DNA from: Akkermansia muciniphila
Lineage (GTDB): Bacteria; Verrucomicrobiota; Verrucomicrobiia; Limisphaerales; UBA9464
Direction: 5' to 3'
Length of the DNA stretch: 64,000 nucleotides
Assembly: GCA_945883815.1 (NCBI GenBank)
Contig: CAMCYJ010000007.1
Coordinates: 11,717 to 75,716 of the forward strand
The translations under genes were made by a program, and so were the position numbers. Positions 39,201 through 48,800 of the stretch are shown piece by piece. The notes beneath the pieces are model-generated. The model made no database searches, had not been told where the DNA came from, and worked only from the letters and a program-made list of their open reading frames with translations. The stretch's first letter is position 1, and every line of letters begins with the position of its first letter.

Positions 39201-39481
39201 AGGCGGGCGGCGTGGGCCTCAATCTCACGCAAGCCGACACCGTGGTGCACTTCGATCCGTGGTGGAATCCGGCCGTCGAAGATCAGGCCACCGACCGGGC
39301 TCACCGCTTCGGTCAATCCCGCGTGGTGAGCAGCTACAAGCTCATCACCCGCGGCACGGTCGAAGAGAAGATTGTCAGCCTGCAGCAGCGCAAGCGGGAG
39401 ATCATCGCCTCCACGCTCACCGGTGAAGAGGCCTTCGCCGAGACCCTCAGTTGGGACGAGATCCGCGAGTTGCTCGACTGA
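36254..39481 (+). CDS. SWIM zinc finger + SNF2-family helicase/ATPase; start uncertain
   Basis: CPC...CAH SWIM motif, LRPYQ, DEMGLGKT, DEAQHIKN, TGTPLEN, SLKAGGVGLNLT and QATDRAHRFGQ. Confidence 0.93.
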   Translation: MSTLQLTEAFFAKAAGWEVMKHARALLASGKVLSSNWTPPLLKGVVMSDANSLRAGLVIQHELDIENICPCRQSREWGTLCAHSVAVGLHHLKPAIPATTGSEPAPMGPRLSSSATASGSPSNTSRSPGPGSKPPLSNKDPVRLRRSGTGKPLEIQVIFPPNLADAMARDRVMVMFEGVTANSRAPLNALIQSGPFRLSEADTRLLDAAELAAGGDTPGMIQLSGAALVPLLRAMSGHAQLTLGRKTELTVLREPAPLPLRAQLEGNGEISLSLKSPARGAALLSGPDETWLLTGQTLQPLGLSPALRGVLQSPQRVPRSDVPRFLSQDWPKLSGTPGLEADFSPEDFVLEPAPPKFLLQLTGGLAMLTAVLQCRYGARIMTVGVTARDEAAWMPDPAHVRRYTARDLSAEHTAFMRLRQAGFSGPDSQGRWQLNGQERVLAYFSRLHPRLEREWEVSLEERLETSTRKNLVRVEPRFQITPSGERWFDLEVSYVAEDGERFSAADIQRLVLGGGQGKSRSGKTILIDTGAVEELQEVLLDCSPDQRDGRYRMGSAQAGFLDASLREQGHAVQAPAAWRDRVAQQTGTATQTCPPLGALESVLRPYQKHGVAWIRFLRDHGFGGILADEMGLGKTLQVLAHCASLNAAAGAQPLPPTLIVCPTSLVTNWAAEAARFAPKLRVLVLSGPQRHKLFAQIPAHDLVITSYALLRRDIEQHRAHVFDTAVLDEAQHIKNRSTQNAKAVKAIPAEHRLVLTGTPLENSVLDLWSLFDFLMPSYLGSSDDFRDRYEIPITKERDKGAMARLGKRIRPFLLRRLKKDVLQELPAKLEHVSYCDLTPAQSKVYAQVLAATRKQVDTAVEANGLAKSRMVILTALLRLRQICCDLRLLDTEGANGAPAETEAAPDDSGKLQLFGELLDQSLDGGHRLLVFSQFTRMLGLLKDELKRREVEFCYLDGSTQDRAGEVAKFQSPSGPPVFLISLKAGGVGLNLTQADTVVHFDPWWNPAVEDQATDRAHRFGQSRVVSSYKLITRGTVEEKIVSLQQRKREIIASTLTGEEAFAETLSWDEIRELLD

Positions 39482-39519
39482 TCAGCCCGCAGGCTTTCCA
39501 AGACGGGCTTCCAACCGGT

Positions 39520-39897
39520 TCAGAATGCGGCCCGGCGGCGACGCAACTGCCAGGAACCATAGGCCAAAAGCCAGGGAAACGACCAACCCAAGGCATAAGC
39601 CCAGCCCAGGTAGAGGGCCATGCGCTGCGACCGTCCTTCCAACAGAGCTCGGGAGTCTTCCGTCGTCGGCATGTAACCAGACTCTCGAACGGAGTCGGCC
39701 CATCGCGCCGCCCTGAAATGCACCAGACCATTGAACAAGGCCCAGCCCACCAAGGCGATCAGCAGGAGCACCCTGCTCCACGGGAAACGCCGGGGCCGAA
39801 AGAACCGGAACCCCAACAGGACCGGAGGCAGGATCAGGAATCCCATCAAACTCAGTGCGTACAACCACCCATTCACTGGAGGCAAATACTCGGGCAT
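39520..39897 (-). CDS. Hypothetical small multi-pass membrane protein
   Basis: Three hydrophobic segments in an otherwise unoccupied gap; no recognisable family. Confidence 0.5.
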   Translation of the reverse strand: MPEYLPPVNGWLYALSLMGFLILPPVLLGFRFFRPRRFPWSRVLLLIALVGWALFNGLVHFRAARWADSVRESGYMPTTEDSRALLEGRSQRMALYLGWAYALGWSFPWLLAYGSWQLRRRRAAF

Positions 39898-39944
39898 GGG
39901 ATTTGGGGATGACCAGCGGCAATATGAACCGTAGGTTTCACTCC

Positions 39945-40748
39945 ATGGATCCCCGTCCGACACTCATCCCCGGAGAGTCGCGTCGCGCTCCGGCGTTCAC
40001 GCTCATCGAACTGCTGGTCGTCATCGCCATCATCGCCATCCTCGCGGGCATGCTGTTGCCAGCGCTGGCCAAGGCGAAACTCAAGGCCAAGGAGGTCAAT
40101 TGCCTGTCGCATTTCCGGCAATGGGCCATCGCCTCCAACCTCTACGCCGCAGATGACGCCCGCGGTCGATTGCCCATGCTCGGTGACATCGGCAACAACC
40201 CGTGGGACGTGGCCGATGCGATGATCCCGGCGGTGCAGAACTACGGGCTCACGGTGCCGATGTTCTTCTGCCCGGTCCGTCCTGGCGAACTGACTGAGGC
40301 GCAGATGTGGCTCCAGCGGCAGCACAAGCGCACCCTCGCCAGCAACGAGGACCTCCGCTTCTACTACAACCGGCGCTGGACCTTTGGCTTCGCCATCATG
40401 CAACACAGTTGGTGGGTACCTCGTTCCGGACAACCGGGATACAAGGTCATGCCCTCCACCACTCGGGTGAACACCAATTCGATGGTCGAGGGATGGCCTA
40501 CCCGGCTCGAAGATCCCGGCGCATCGACCAGCCCGATCATCACCGACACGCTCTACAAGGACGGCTTCGAGACCAACCTCCAGAAGGCCTGGGGCGGACA
40601 TCCGACCGCCAAGGCCGACTCGGGCTTCCAAATCCAGGGCGGCCGGGCGGCCTCCATCAGCCGCGCCTTCGCCGACGGCCACGCCGACCTGACCCGCGCC
40701 AGCGCCATCGTCTGGCGTCACTACGGCAACTGGACGAGTTTTTACTGA
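39945..40748 (+). CDS. Prepilin-type N-terminal cleavage/methylation domain protein
   Basis: PA|[24 protein letters not shown]; C-terminal RAFADGHA. Confidence 0.88.
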   Translation: MDPRPTLIPGESRRAPAFTLIELLVVIAIIAILAGMLLPALAKAKLKAKEVNCLSHFRQWAIASNLYAADDARGRLPMLGDIGNNPWDVADAMIPAVQNYGLTVPMFFCPVRPGELTEAQMWLQRQHKRTLASNEDLRFYYNRRWTFGFAIMQHSWWVPRSGQPGYKVMPSTTRVNTNSMVEGWPTRLEDPGASTSPIITDTLYKDGFETNLQKAWGGHPTAKADSGFQIQGGRAASISRAFADGHADLTRASAIVWRHYGNWTSFY

Positions 40749-41063
40749 GATCCAGTTCGATCTGAACTGAACTGAATTTGAGACAGCAGCGCCGTTGAGA
40801 ACCTTTAACCCGGCCACCCACGGCAACGGCTGGCATTCCGGCAGGAGGGATCGGTTTCAAGGGCATCGCAACCCTCGAAATAGTTTCCGAGTTCACGACA
40901 CTCCAACCCGGGCTAGGCCAGCAAGCAATCGCCTCGACCTTATCGGCCAACGAAAAGGCCTTGACGAATCCGCGACCGCGTTTGCAGCGTGAGCGTTGAT
41001 TGCGGGTGGATTTTGTGGTCCCCCCTCAGACGCTCTCGGCATTTCGATCGGAGATCAGGCACC

Positions 41064-41936
41064 ATGACACCGCTAGCCCAACCATCGCTCGCCAAACCCA
41101 CCCGCAGCCCCTTCTCCGCGCCACGGCTGCAAGTTCAGCGCCTCCGCGACGGCTTCACGCTCATCGAACTGCTGGTGGTCATCGCCATCATCGCCATCTT
41201 GGCGGGCATGCTTCTGCCGGCGCTGGCCAAGGCCAAGGCCAAGGGCAACGGCATCATGTGCCTGAACAACACCAAGCAGTTGATGATGTCTTGGAAGCTC
41301 TACGTGGATGACCAGAACGGGAAGATTCCGCCGGCCTACTCGAGCAACCCCAACTTCAACTCCTGGGCCTACGGCAATCTCGACTGGAATACCGCCAACC
41401 GGGATAACTGGGACGTCACCAACACCCTCGCCAAGGGGTCGATCTGGCGGTACACGGGCGGCACCCAGAAGATCTACAAATGCCCTGCCGACACCTTCCT
41501 GACGCTGGGTGCCAACGGCAGACCCCGCCTCCGCAGCAACTCCATCAACTCTTGGGTCGGCATGCATGACGGACAACCCACCTGGTTTGGCAACAGCCCG
41601 CCGTGGCGCATGTTCCTGAAGGACTCCGACTTCGTGCAACCCTCCGACACCTGGGTCTTTGTCGATGAGCATCCCGACAGCATCAACGACGGGTTCTTCT
41701 GCACCGACATGAAGCCCGCCCCGAATCTGGCTCAGGCGGTCATGCCTGACCTGCCAGCGAGCTACCACAACGGGGCCTGCGGTTTCGCCTTCGCCGACGG
41801 TCACTCCGAAATCAAGCGCTGGCTCGACAAGCGAACGATCGTCCCGGTCAAGCGCGCCGCCTTCAGCCCCGGCAACCAAGCCAACAACCGCGACGTGGAG
41901 TGGCTCTGGAGCAAGACCACCCAGCGGCTGCAGTGA
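41064..41936 (+). CDS. Prepilin-type N-terminal cleavage/methylation domain protein with H-X9-DG motif
   Basis: DG|[40 protein letters not shown] and YHNGACGFAFADGH. Confidence 0.92.
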   Translation: MTPLAQPSLAKPTRSPFSAPRLQVQRLRDGFTLIELLVVIAIIAILAGMLLPALAKAKAKGNGIMCLNNTKQLMMSWKLYVDDQNGKIPPAYSSNPNFNSWAYGNLDWNTANRDNWDVTNTLAKGSIWRYTGGTQKIYKCPADTFLTLGANGRPRLRSNSINSWVGMHDGQPTWFGNSPPWRMFLKDSDFVQPSDTWVFVDEHPDSINDGFFCTDMKPAPNLAQAVMPDLPASYHNGACGFAFADGHSEIKRWLDKRTIVPVKRAAFSPGNQANNRDVEWLWSKTTQRLQ

Positions 41937-42063
41937 TTCTGGGAGTTCTGATCGCTGCCTGCGCCATCAGTCGCTCAGTTGCAGGCACAAGACGGTCTTG
42001 CCAATTCAAACACCGAAAAAAACTTAATTGACAAAGTGAGCGGGATCACAAGAGCATCGAAAA

Positions 42064-43221
42064 ATGCTCAGGTATAGAATCCCATGGACGGCTACATTGT
42101 TCATATGGATAGCCTGTGCGGTCACCGGTCAGAACGAATCTTCGAGCCCAAAGATTCACGGTCGATATCAATATACTGTCTATCATGGCAGAGACAATCC
42201 AATCTTTTCGAAAGAATTGGACTTTACAATCCAAATAAGGGGCTGCCGGTGGAGCATCCAAACGCGTGAAATCGACGCAACCCACTATGCAGGAATTGAC
42301 ACAGGCCTCATTACATTTCAGTGTGACGGACAATCGATCTACGTAATACTCGAGAGAAAAGCTGTCGATATAACATCCTCTGACTCTTTCCCAGTGCGTC
42401 GCCCAAATGGAGATGTCACGATCTATCCGGAAGCCTATCCCTCCCCTAGAGAGCCCGCCCTGCAACACATTTGGTTAGGATATGCAGCAAACTGCTTAAT
42501 GTCTGCACCTTCAGGAACCTGCCGATCTCCGTTTGCTGAGGAATTGGATATTTTTTCAGATCAAAGGTTGCTCAATCATTACGAAATTGACCAGCTCAAA
42601 GCAACCGGCTCCAAGACAATCGCAATAACTGACTCTGGGAAAACCGCAACTCGAGACAGTGACGGAAATATTCAGATTGACCGCCTTGCCGAGCCATACG
42701 GAAAAGGATACCTAACAGCAAGGGGCATATGGGACCCGACTACCATATTGGGGCATACCTGCTCAAACTTCCAGTTCACCGGATACTCACCCAATCCAAG
42801 TGGAAAATTGGCAACAGATTTGATCAGAAGTTTTGTTGCGGTATGTACAATTACAAATGTGACAGAGGAATCATTCCCTGACATTCCACTGCTAATAGAA
42901 TCAGGAATGTATTCGGTCGAAGATCGCCGCCATGAAAATCTTGGGAAGGCTATTGTTCGGTATATAACAACAAATGGGATTCCGAATATTACAAATTTAA
43001 ACTTAAAGAGTTTAGTTGCAAGCACGCCCGCGATTTCTCTTGCACAAGAATCAGTCTTTCGACAAACGGGCAAAATTGTTTCTCAACCAACAAAGGGAAT
43101 CTACAAAACGCTTGCGATAATATTGATGTTTTTACCTTTGACATTTCTAATCCTTTATCGACTCGTAAGAAACAAATCCTTCACTGGATGTCCGGCAACA
43201 CAGTCTGCGGCCAAGACATGA
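42064..43221 (+). CDS. Low-GC hypothetical exported protein with C-terminal TM helix
   Basis: 385-aa ORF in AT-rich sequence; N-terminal signal-like segment; C-terminal TLAIILMFLPLTFLILY. Confidence 0.8.
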   Translation: MLRYRIPWTATLFIWIACAVTGQNESSSPKIHGRYQYTVYHGRDNPIFSKELDFTIQIRGCRWSIQTREIDATHYAGIDTGLITFQCDGQSIYVILERKAVDITSSDSFPVRRPNGDVTIYPEAYPSPREPALQHIWLGYAANCLMSAPSGTCRSPFAEELDIFSDQRLLNHYEIDQLKATGSKTIAITDSGKTATRDSDGNIQIDRLAEPYGKGYLTARGIWDPTTILGHTCSNFQFTGYSPNPSGKLATDLIRSFVAVCTITNVTEESFPDIPLLIESGMYSVEDRRHENLGKAIVRYITTNGIPNITNLNLKSLVASTPAISLAQESVFRQTGKIVSQPTKGIYKTLAIILMFLPLTFLILYRLVRNKSFTGCPATQSAAKT

Positions 43222-43655
43222 CTCGGCGCATGGGTTGTGCTCTTCCCGGCCCGCCCTAGCCAACGCACGACCACCCTACCAACCTCAACCTATCGGAGAG
43301 GCTATGGACGGTTGGCGGCCTCAAAACGGACTCCATCGGCCCCTTGGACTCGGGGAGATGCGGCGCGTCTGGCCAAGCAGGTTCAGTGAACTTGGTTCGC
43401 CGCGAGGAATTCGTCACCGCACTGCGGCAGGGCCTCCTCTGGTATTCCACTGCACCGCAGGAACACAGCCCGGAGGCGGGGTGCCGGCAGGTCGGTCTCG
43501 GAGCTCCCGGACGATCTTGACCGTGTGCGCTTACGATTTGCCCGTAGGCTATTCACTGAACCCAATTCGGAAACCGTTCCCCGAACGCATCAGCTTCACT
43601 TCGACCGTCGGGAACTCGGTTTGTATCCCGGGCGACAATCGGCCACAGTGCCGGC

Positions 43656-44669
43656 ATGAGTTCAGCGGGGTTTCCAGCCCTTCGGGCCCGGCGGTTGCGA
43701 CGCGGTGCGGCCATCCGTGAGATGGTGCAGGAGGTGCGGCTTCATCCGTCGGACTTCATCGCGCCCTTGTTCGTCCAAGAGGGCACCGCTGCGCCGACAC
43801 CTATCGCATCCATGCCCGGGGTCTTCCGGCTCAATCTCAACGGCCTGGTCCGCGAGGCGCGGGAACTCTTCGAACTGGGCATTCGAGGCGTAGCCCTTTT
43901 TCCCGTCACACCCAGCGAGCTCAAGACTCCGGACGGACGCGAGGCGCTGAATCCCGAATGCCTGGTGCTGCGCGCCGTGCGGGCGATCAAGGCGGCGGTG
44001 CCCGAGTTGGTTCTCTTCACCGACATCGCCCTCGATCCGTACACCAGCCACGGCCATGACGGCCTGCTAACCGCCGATGGCCACGATGTGGACAACGACG
44101 CCACCGTCACCGTGCTGGGCGAAATGGCCGCCTTGCATGCGGCGGCGGGCACCGATTTCGTGGCCCCCAGCGACATGATGGACGGCCGGGTGCGGGCTAT
44201 TCGCCACGCGCTGGATTCGGCAGGGCACGGAAACACCGGCATCCTGGCCTACAGCGCCAAGTTCGCCTCGGCCTATTACGGGCCGTTCCGCGAAGCCGTC
44301 GGCAGTGCCCAGGCCGCGGGCACCCGGTCGCTCGACAAGCGCACCTATCAACTCAACCCAGCCAATCCGCGGGAGGCCCTGAAAGATGCTCTGCTGGACG
44401 AGCAGGAGGGGGCCGACGCGCTAATGGTCAAGCCGGCGGGTCCCTACCTCGACATCCTCGCCGAATTGCGGCGGCAAACACGGTTGCCCTTGGCGGCGTA
44501 TCAGGTGAGCGGCGAATACGCACAAATTCATGCCGCGGCCCGCGCTGGTTGGCTCGACCTCGTGGCCACTCGCAACGAAAGCCTGTTGGCCATCAAGCGC
44601 GCCGGCGCCGACTGGATCCTCACCTACTTCGCTCGCGACATGGCGACTGTGCTTCGCCTTGGGGGCTGA
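43656..44669 (+). CDS. hemB: Porphobilinogen synthase (Asp-rich, Zn-independent type)
   Basis: TDIALDPYTSHGHDG, APSDMMDGRV, YSAKFASAYYGPFR, MVKP and YQVSGEY. Confidence 0.96.
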   Translation: MSSAGFPALRARRLRRGAAIREMVQEVRLHPSDFIAPLFVQEGTAAPTPIASMPGVFRLNLNGLVREARELFELGIRGVALFPVTPSELKTPDGREALNPECLVLRAVRAIKAAVPELVLFTDIALDPYTSHGHDGLLTADGHDVDNDATVTVLGEMAALHAAAGTDFVAPSDMMDGRVRAIRHALDSAGHGNTGILAYSAKFASAYYGPFREAVGSAQAAGTRSLDKRTYQLNPANPREALKDALLDEQEGADALMVKPAGPYLDILAELRRQTRLPLAAYQVSGEYAQIHAAARAGWLDLVATRNESLLAIKRAGADWILTYFARDMATVLRLGG

Positions 44670-44788
44670 TCGACGCGCCTGACCGGAAACTGAAAATGGT
44701 TTGATCAACGAATCCGAACCCCAATTCATGGATTGCCAATAACCCATCCCGAGAGGCAGATAGGGCGAATCACCGCTGATATCCTTTT

Positions 44789-45775
44789 ATGAACCCGGCC
44801 GATCCCACCCCCCTTCCTCCCGCGGTTCGTTGGATCGACCCGATTTGGCCGCTGGAATCCGCCTTCGCCACGACGCGCCGGATTCTCTTCAAACCCTTCG
44901 ACTTCGGTAAATGGCTGCTTCTGGGGTTCATGGCGTGGATCTACCAGTTGCGAGATTTGGGAATTACTCCGTTCCAAGGGCAAAAGGTTAAAACCGACTT
45001 CCCGCGAAACTGGGAAAGCCCGCACACCATCCTCGAAAACCTGGAGGCACTGATCCGAGAATCGCTGGAACCGCTCTCCCAGAAACTGTTTTGGTTGGTG
45101 CCTCTCGTGGGCTTCATCGCCTTGGTGTCCATGACACTTTGGGTGGTCCTCACGTGGCTGAGCAGTCGCGGCAGCTTCCTCTTCCTGAACGGGGTGGCCA
45201 CAAATCAGACGGAGATCGCAGGTCCGTGGAACGAATTCGTCCGTGAGGGCAACAGCTTGTTCCGGTTCCGTTTGATTCTGAGTCTGGGGGGCTTCGTGTT
45301 GACCCTCTCACTGTTGGTGGGAGCAGTCCTCTTGCAGATGTTGTCTTTCGGACCCAATGCCGCATCGCCTTGGCTCACCTTCGGACTGCTGCTCACTCCA
45401 ACCCTGCTCTGCGCCCTAGGACTTTGGCTCATTGGTTCACTGACCGAGGATTTCGTGGTGCCTATCCAGTACCTGCGTCGATGCGGATGCCGCACCGCGT
45501 GGGGCCTCCTGCTGGGCCAGATGAGCCGATTTCCCACCGCATTCCTGCTCTACGTGCTGATCCAGATCCCGTTGTCGCTCGTTACCGCTCTAGTCGTGCT
45601 TGTCTTCGCGGTGATCACCTGCTGCGGGTGCTGCCTTCTGTTCGTGCCGTATCTCAGCACCGTGATCCTTTTGCCAGTCTCCGTGCTGCACCGGGCCTAC
45701 CCGCTGCACTTTCTAGCCCAACTGGGCCCTGAATGGAATGCCTTCGGATCAACCGATTCCCAGGCCGGAAGATAA
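44789..45775 (+). CDS. Hypothetical multi-pass membrane protein
   Basis: Several long hydrophobic segments; ILFKPFDFGKWLLLGF and TCCGCCL motifs. Confidence 0.8.
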   Translation: MNPADPTPLPPAVRWIDPIWPLESAFATTRRILFKPFDFGKWLLLGFMAWIYQLRDLGITPFQGQKVKTDFPRNWESPHTILENLEALIRESLEPLSQKLFWLVPLVGFIALVSMTLWVVLTWLSSRGSFLFLNGVATNQTEIAGPWNEFVREGNSLFRFRLILSLGGFVLTLSLLVGAVLLQMLSFGPNAASPWLTFGLLLTPTLLCALGLWLIGSLTEDFVVPIQYLRRCGCRTAWGLLLGQMSRFPTAFLLYVLIQIPLSLVTALVVLVFAVITCCGCCLLFVPYLSTVILLPVSVLHRAYPLHFLAQLGPEWNAFGSTDSQAGR

Positions 45776-45824
45776 GCTGCGCCGCCTCGACCGGTGCAGG
45801 CAGTGACGCGGGGCGACGGTGTCC

Positions 45825-48800
45825 TCACCGGCCGTCAGCGCGAGCCTGAAGGGGCGCGCCGGTCTCGAGGCGCAGGTCGGCCCAATAGCCGAATTCCCAG
45901 GACCAGTCGGTGGCGGCGTTCTCGAGGCGAATAACCACGCGGCGGCCGGCGTACGGCGTGAGATCGAGGGAGACATCCTTCCAGCGCGGAGCCTCGTGGT
46001 TCACCGCTTGGCGATGGATCACCTCGCCCTCGACCACCACCCGAAGCTCCCAATCGCCTTGGTCATGGGCGGCCACGGCGAATTTCAGAGCTGTCTTACC
46101 CTCCCGCGGCAAGTTGATCGCCCGTACCAAGGCAGCCGGACGTCGAGCGTCGATGGGATGGGTCATGAGCACATTGCGCCGACCCACCGCTTCGGGGTAC
46201 TTGGCGGGCGCGCCTTCAAACTCCGGACAATCCACCTGCCAACCCGGGGCCCAGAGTGCCAGTGATTCGCCATCGGTTGCCACGGCCGGGCCCTTGTTGT
46301 TGGCATCGGGGAGAACTGCGGCGGTTTCACCGATGAGTTCCTTGCGGCGCTGGGGCGTCAGGGGCTTGCCATCTTGAGGGGGCGCGAGGATGTACCAAAT
46401 GAGGTTGCGGAAATCGGCGTCGGGCATCTCGTCGAGCCCTTCAGGCATGGCCGAATTTGGGGTCACGCGCAACGCCTTCACGTTGGATCGATCGATCACC
46501 ACTTCACTCGAACCGGCCATGAGCAGTTTCACCCGGTTGGCGGTGTTCTCGACCATCCGCCCGCTGTGGGTCTGGCCATCGACGGTCTCGACTTCGACAT
46601 TCTCGTAACCCTGACCGATGATTTCGTTGGGGTTGATGACATTGTGCAGGAGCGCATCGAGTGAACTGCGGCCAACCCCCGTCAAATCGGGCCCGACGGC
46701 CGCGCCCTCTCCGTGGAGTTGATGACAGACCAGACACGTCTTGGCGGCGAGCTCATGCCCCGCCTTCAAGTCCACAGGCCCATCGATCACCACCTTCCGC
46801 TTGGCGGCGATGCGTTGCAGGATCTCCGGGCCGGAAGCCTGGAACCGCCCGAACAGACGACCCGCCTTCTCGCGTTCATCCGGATTCTGCGAACCCAACA
46901 ACGAGCGCACTGTCGTGGCCGGAATGTCGGCCTTGGCGATGTCGCCCCGGTCGAGGGCGTTGTAGAGGGCCCACTTCCAGGCGCCCCGAGTGGTGGAGAA
47001 CTGGGCGGCAGCCGTGCGCACCGCCGGGGTCATGGCCTTCCAGTGAGCGAGCAATTGGCGGGCGGTCTCGTCGTTGCCCGTCTCAGTCAATACGCGGACG
47101 GCGGCCACGCGGAGCGCGTCGGAAGCATCGGATCCGGCCAAGGCCAGCAGCGCTCGCCGACCGTCTTCGCCGCGCTGATTGCGAAGCCCTTGGATGGCCT
47201 CCAGACGCTCGGACTCCGGGAGGGCGGTGTCGCTCACGCGCGCCAACTGTGCTCGCAGCGCGCCGACATCGCCCCACAAGGCGCCCAGCTGACGGGCCTT
47301 GCCCACAGTGGCGAGGTTCGAACTGGAGAGGAGTTTCTGGAGCAGTGCCTCGGTGGGTTGAGTGGGGGCCAAGGCCTTGCCGCGCTGGCCATCAATCAGG
47401 CCATCCAGCAAGTACGGGATGAGCGGAGAGGCCGAGTCGAGCGACGCCACGATCTCCAGCGTCTTGTCCACGAGCCAATCCTTCCGGGCGTCGCAGAAGC
47501 GGCGGACCATCTTGTAGGCCAGCTTGCCGGACAGGGGCAGGTAGCGTTCCCCCTTCTCCTGGAACCAGGCGGCCGTGATGTTGGGGTCGTAGAGCAAGTT
47601 GGGCTCGATGGCCATCCACAGCAGGAAGGGCAAGTCGCGGTCGGTGGACGCCTTAGCGGTCCCGAGAAGTCTCTCGGTCACCGAGGTCACCGCCGGGCCC
47701 AGGACGGCGATGTCGTGGCCCGGGGGCGTATTGACCGTCAGCGAGCCGCCCGAAAACTGACGCAAGGCCGTGGCCACCGCGGCGAGCACCGTTGGGTTTT
47801 CATCGGTGGCCAACAATTCGAGACGTTTGTGGACTCGCTCGGTGATGCGGTTGTTCTCACCGGTGAATCGAGCCGCCCACATGCGCAGTGACGGCACGGA
47901 CGCATCGGCCGCCTCGTCGAGGACGGCATCATCGGCCAAGCCTGCGCTGAACAAGGTCCAGAGGGCGGCCAAGCGGGCGTCTTCGGAGCCCTGCGATTTC
48001 ATCCGTTGGAACAGCACGGATTTCTGAGAGGCGATGTCCGGGCGTTCGGCAAGTATTCGCTGGGCCATGCGACGTTGCCAGACGTTGGAGTGGCCCAAGG
48101 TTTGGACGAGTTCGGGGGTGCTCCGCTCGGCCAATGCCAATCCCGCGGGCCGCGCCGGCACGGGCCGACCGGGTTGGTCTCCGGCCCAGACAATGCGCCA
48201 GATGCGACCGCGCTCGCGATCCACGCCTTCCGGGTCGGCACCCGCGTTCTGGTAGCAGGGATACTTGTCGTACCAGTCCATCACCCACACCGCGCCGTCG
48301 GGACCGGTTTGCATGCTCACCGGCATGAACCACCCGTCGTTGGCGCGCAGGAAATCGCCATTGGATGAGGCGAGGAAGGTGCTGCCCTGGGGCGTCAGGC
48401 GATCGCGATGAATGGCGTTGTCATGGATGTTTCCCTGGAGGGCCATGCCGCGGAACTCCGCCGGGTATTGATCGCCCAGGTAAATGTTCACACCCGCATA
48501 AGCCGCCATGTGGTGCTTGTGGTCGACGATGCTGGGCAGCAAGTCGTAGGCGTAGGGATAGGGCGGTTGACCTGCCTGGCGCTGATAGAGGCCTCCCGGG
48601 GCGAGGTGGAAGAAATGATCGATGACGCAGGCGCTGACGAAGGCGTTGCCCCGGGCATCGAAGTCCACGCCCCACGGATTGGACGTGCCCTCGGCGAAGA
48701 TCTCCATGCGCCGGGTCTTCGGCTGGAATCGCGCCACCCCCGCCGTCAGCAACACGGGTTCTCCAGGCTTGGACGGATCCACGGCCTGGGTCCGGGTGAA

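Noticed and set aside
40764-40780. TGAAC x3 microsatellite after a prepilin-type gene
   Set aside because: Too short to distinguish from chance.
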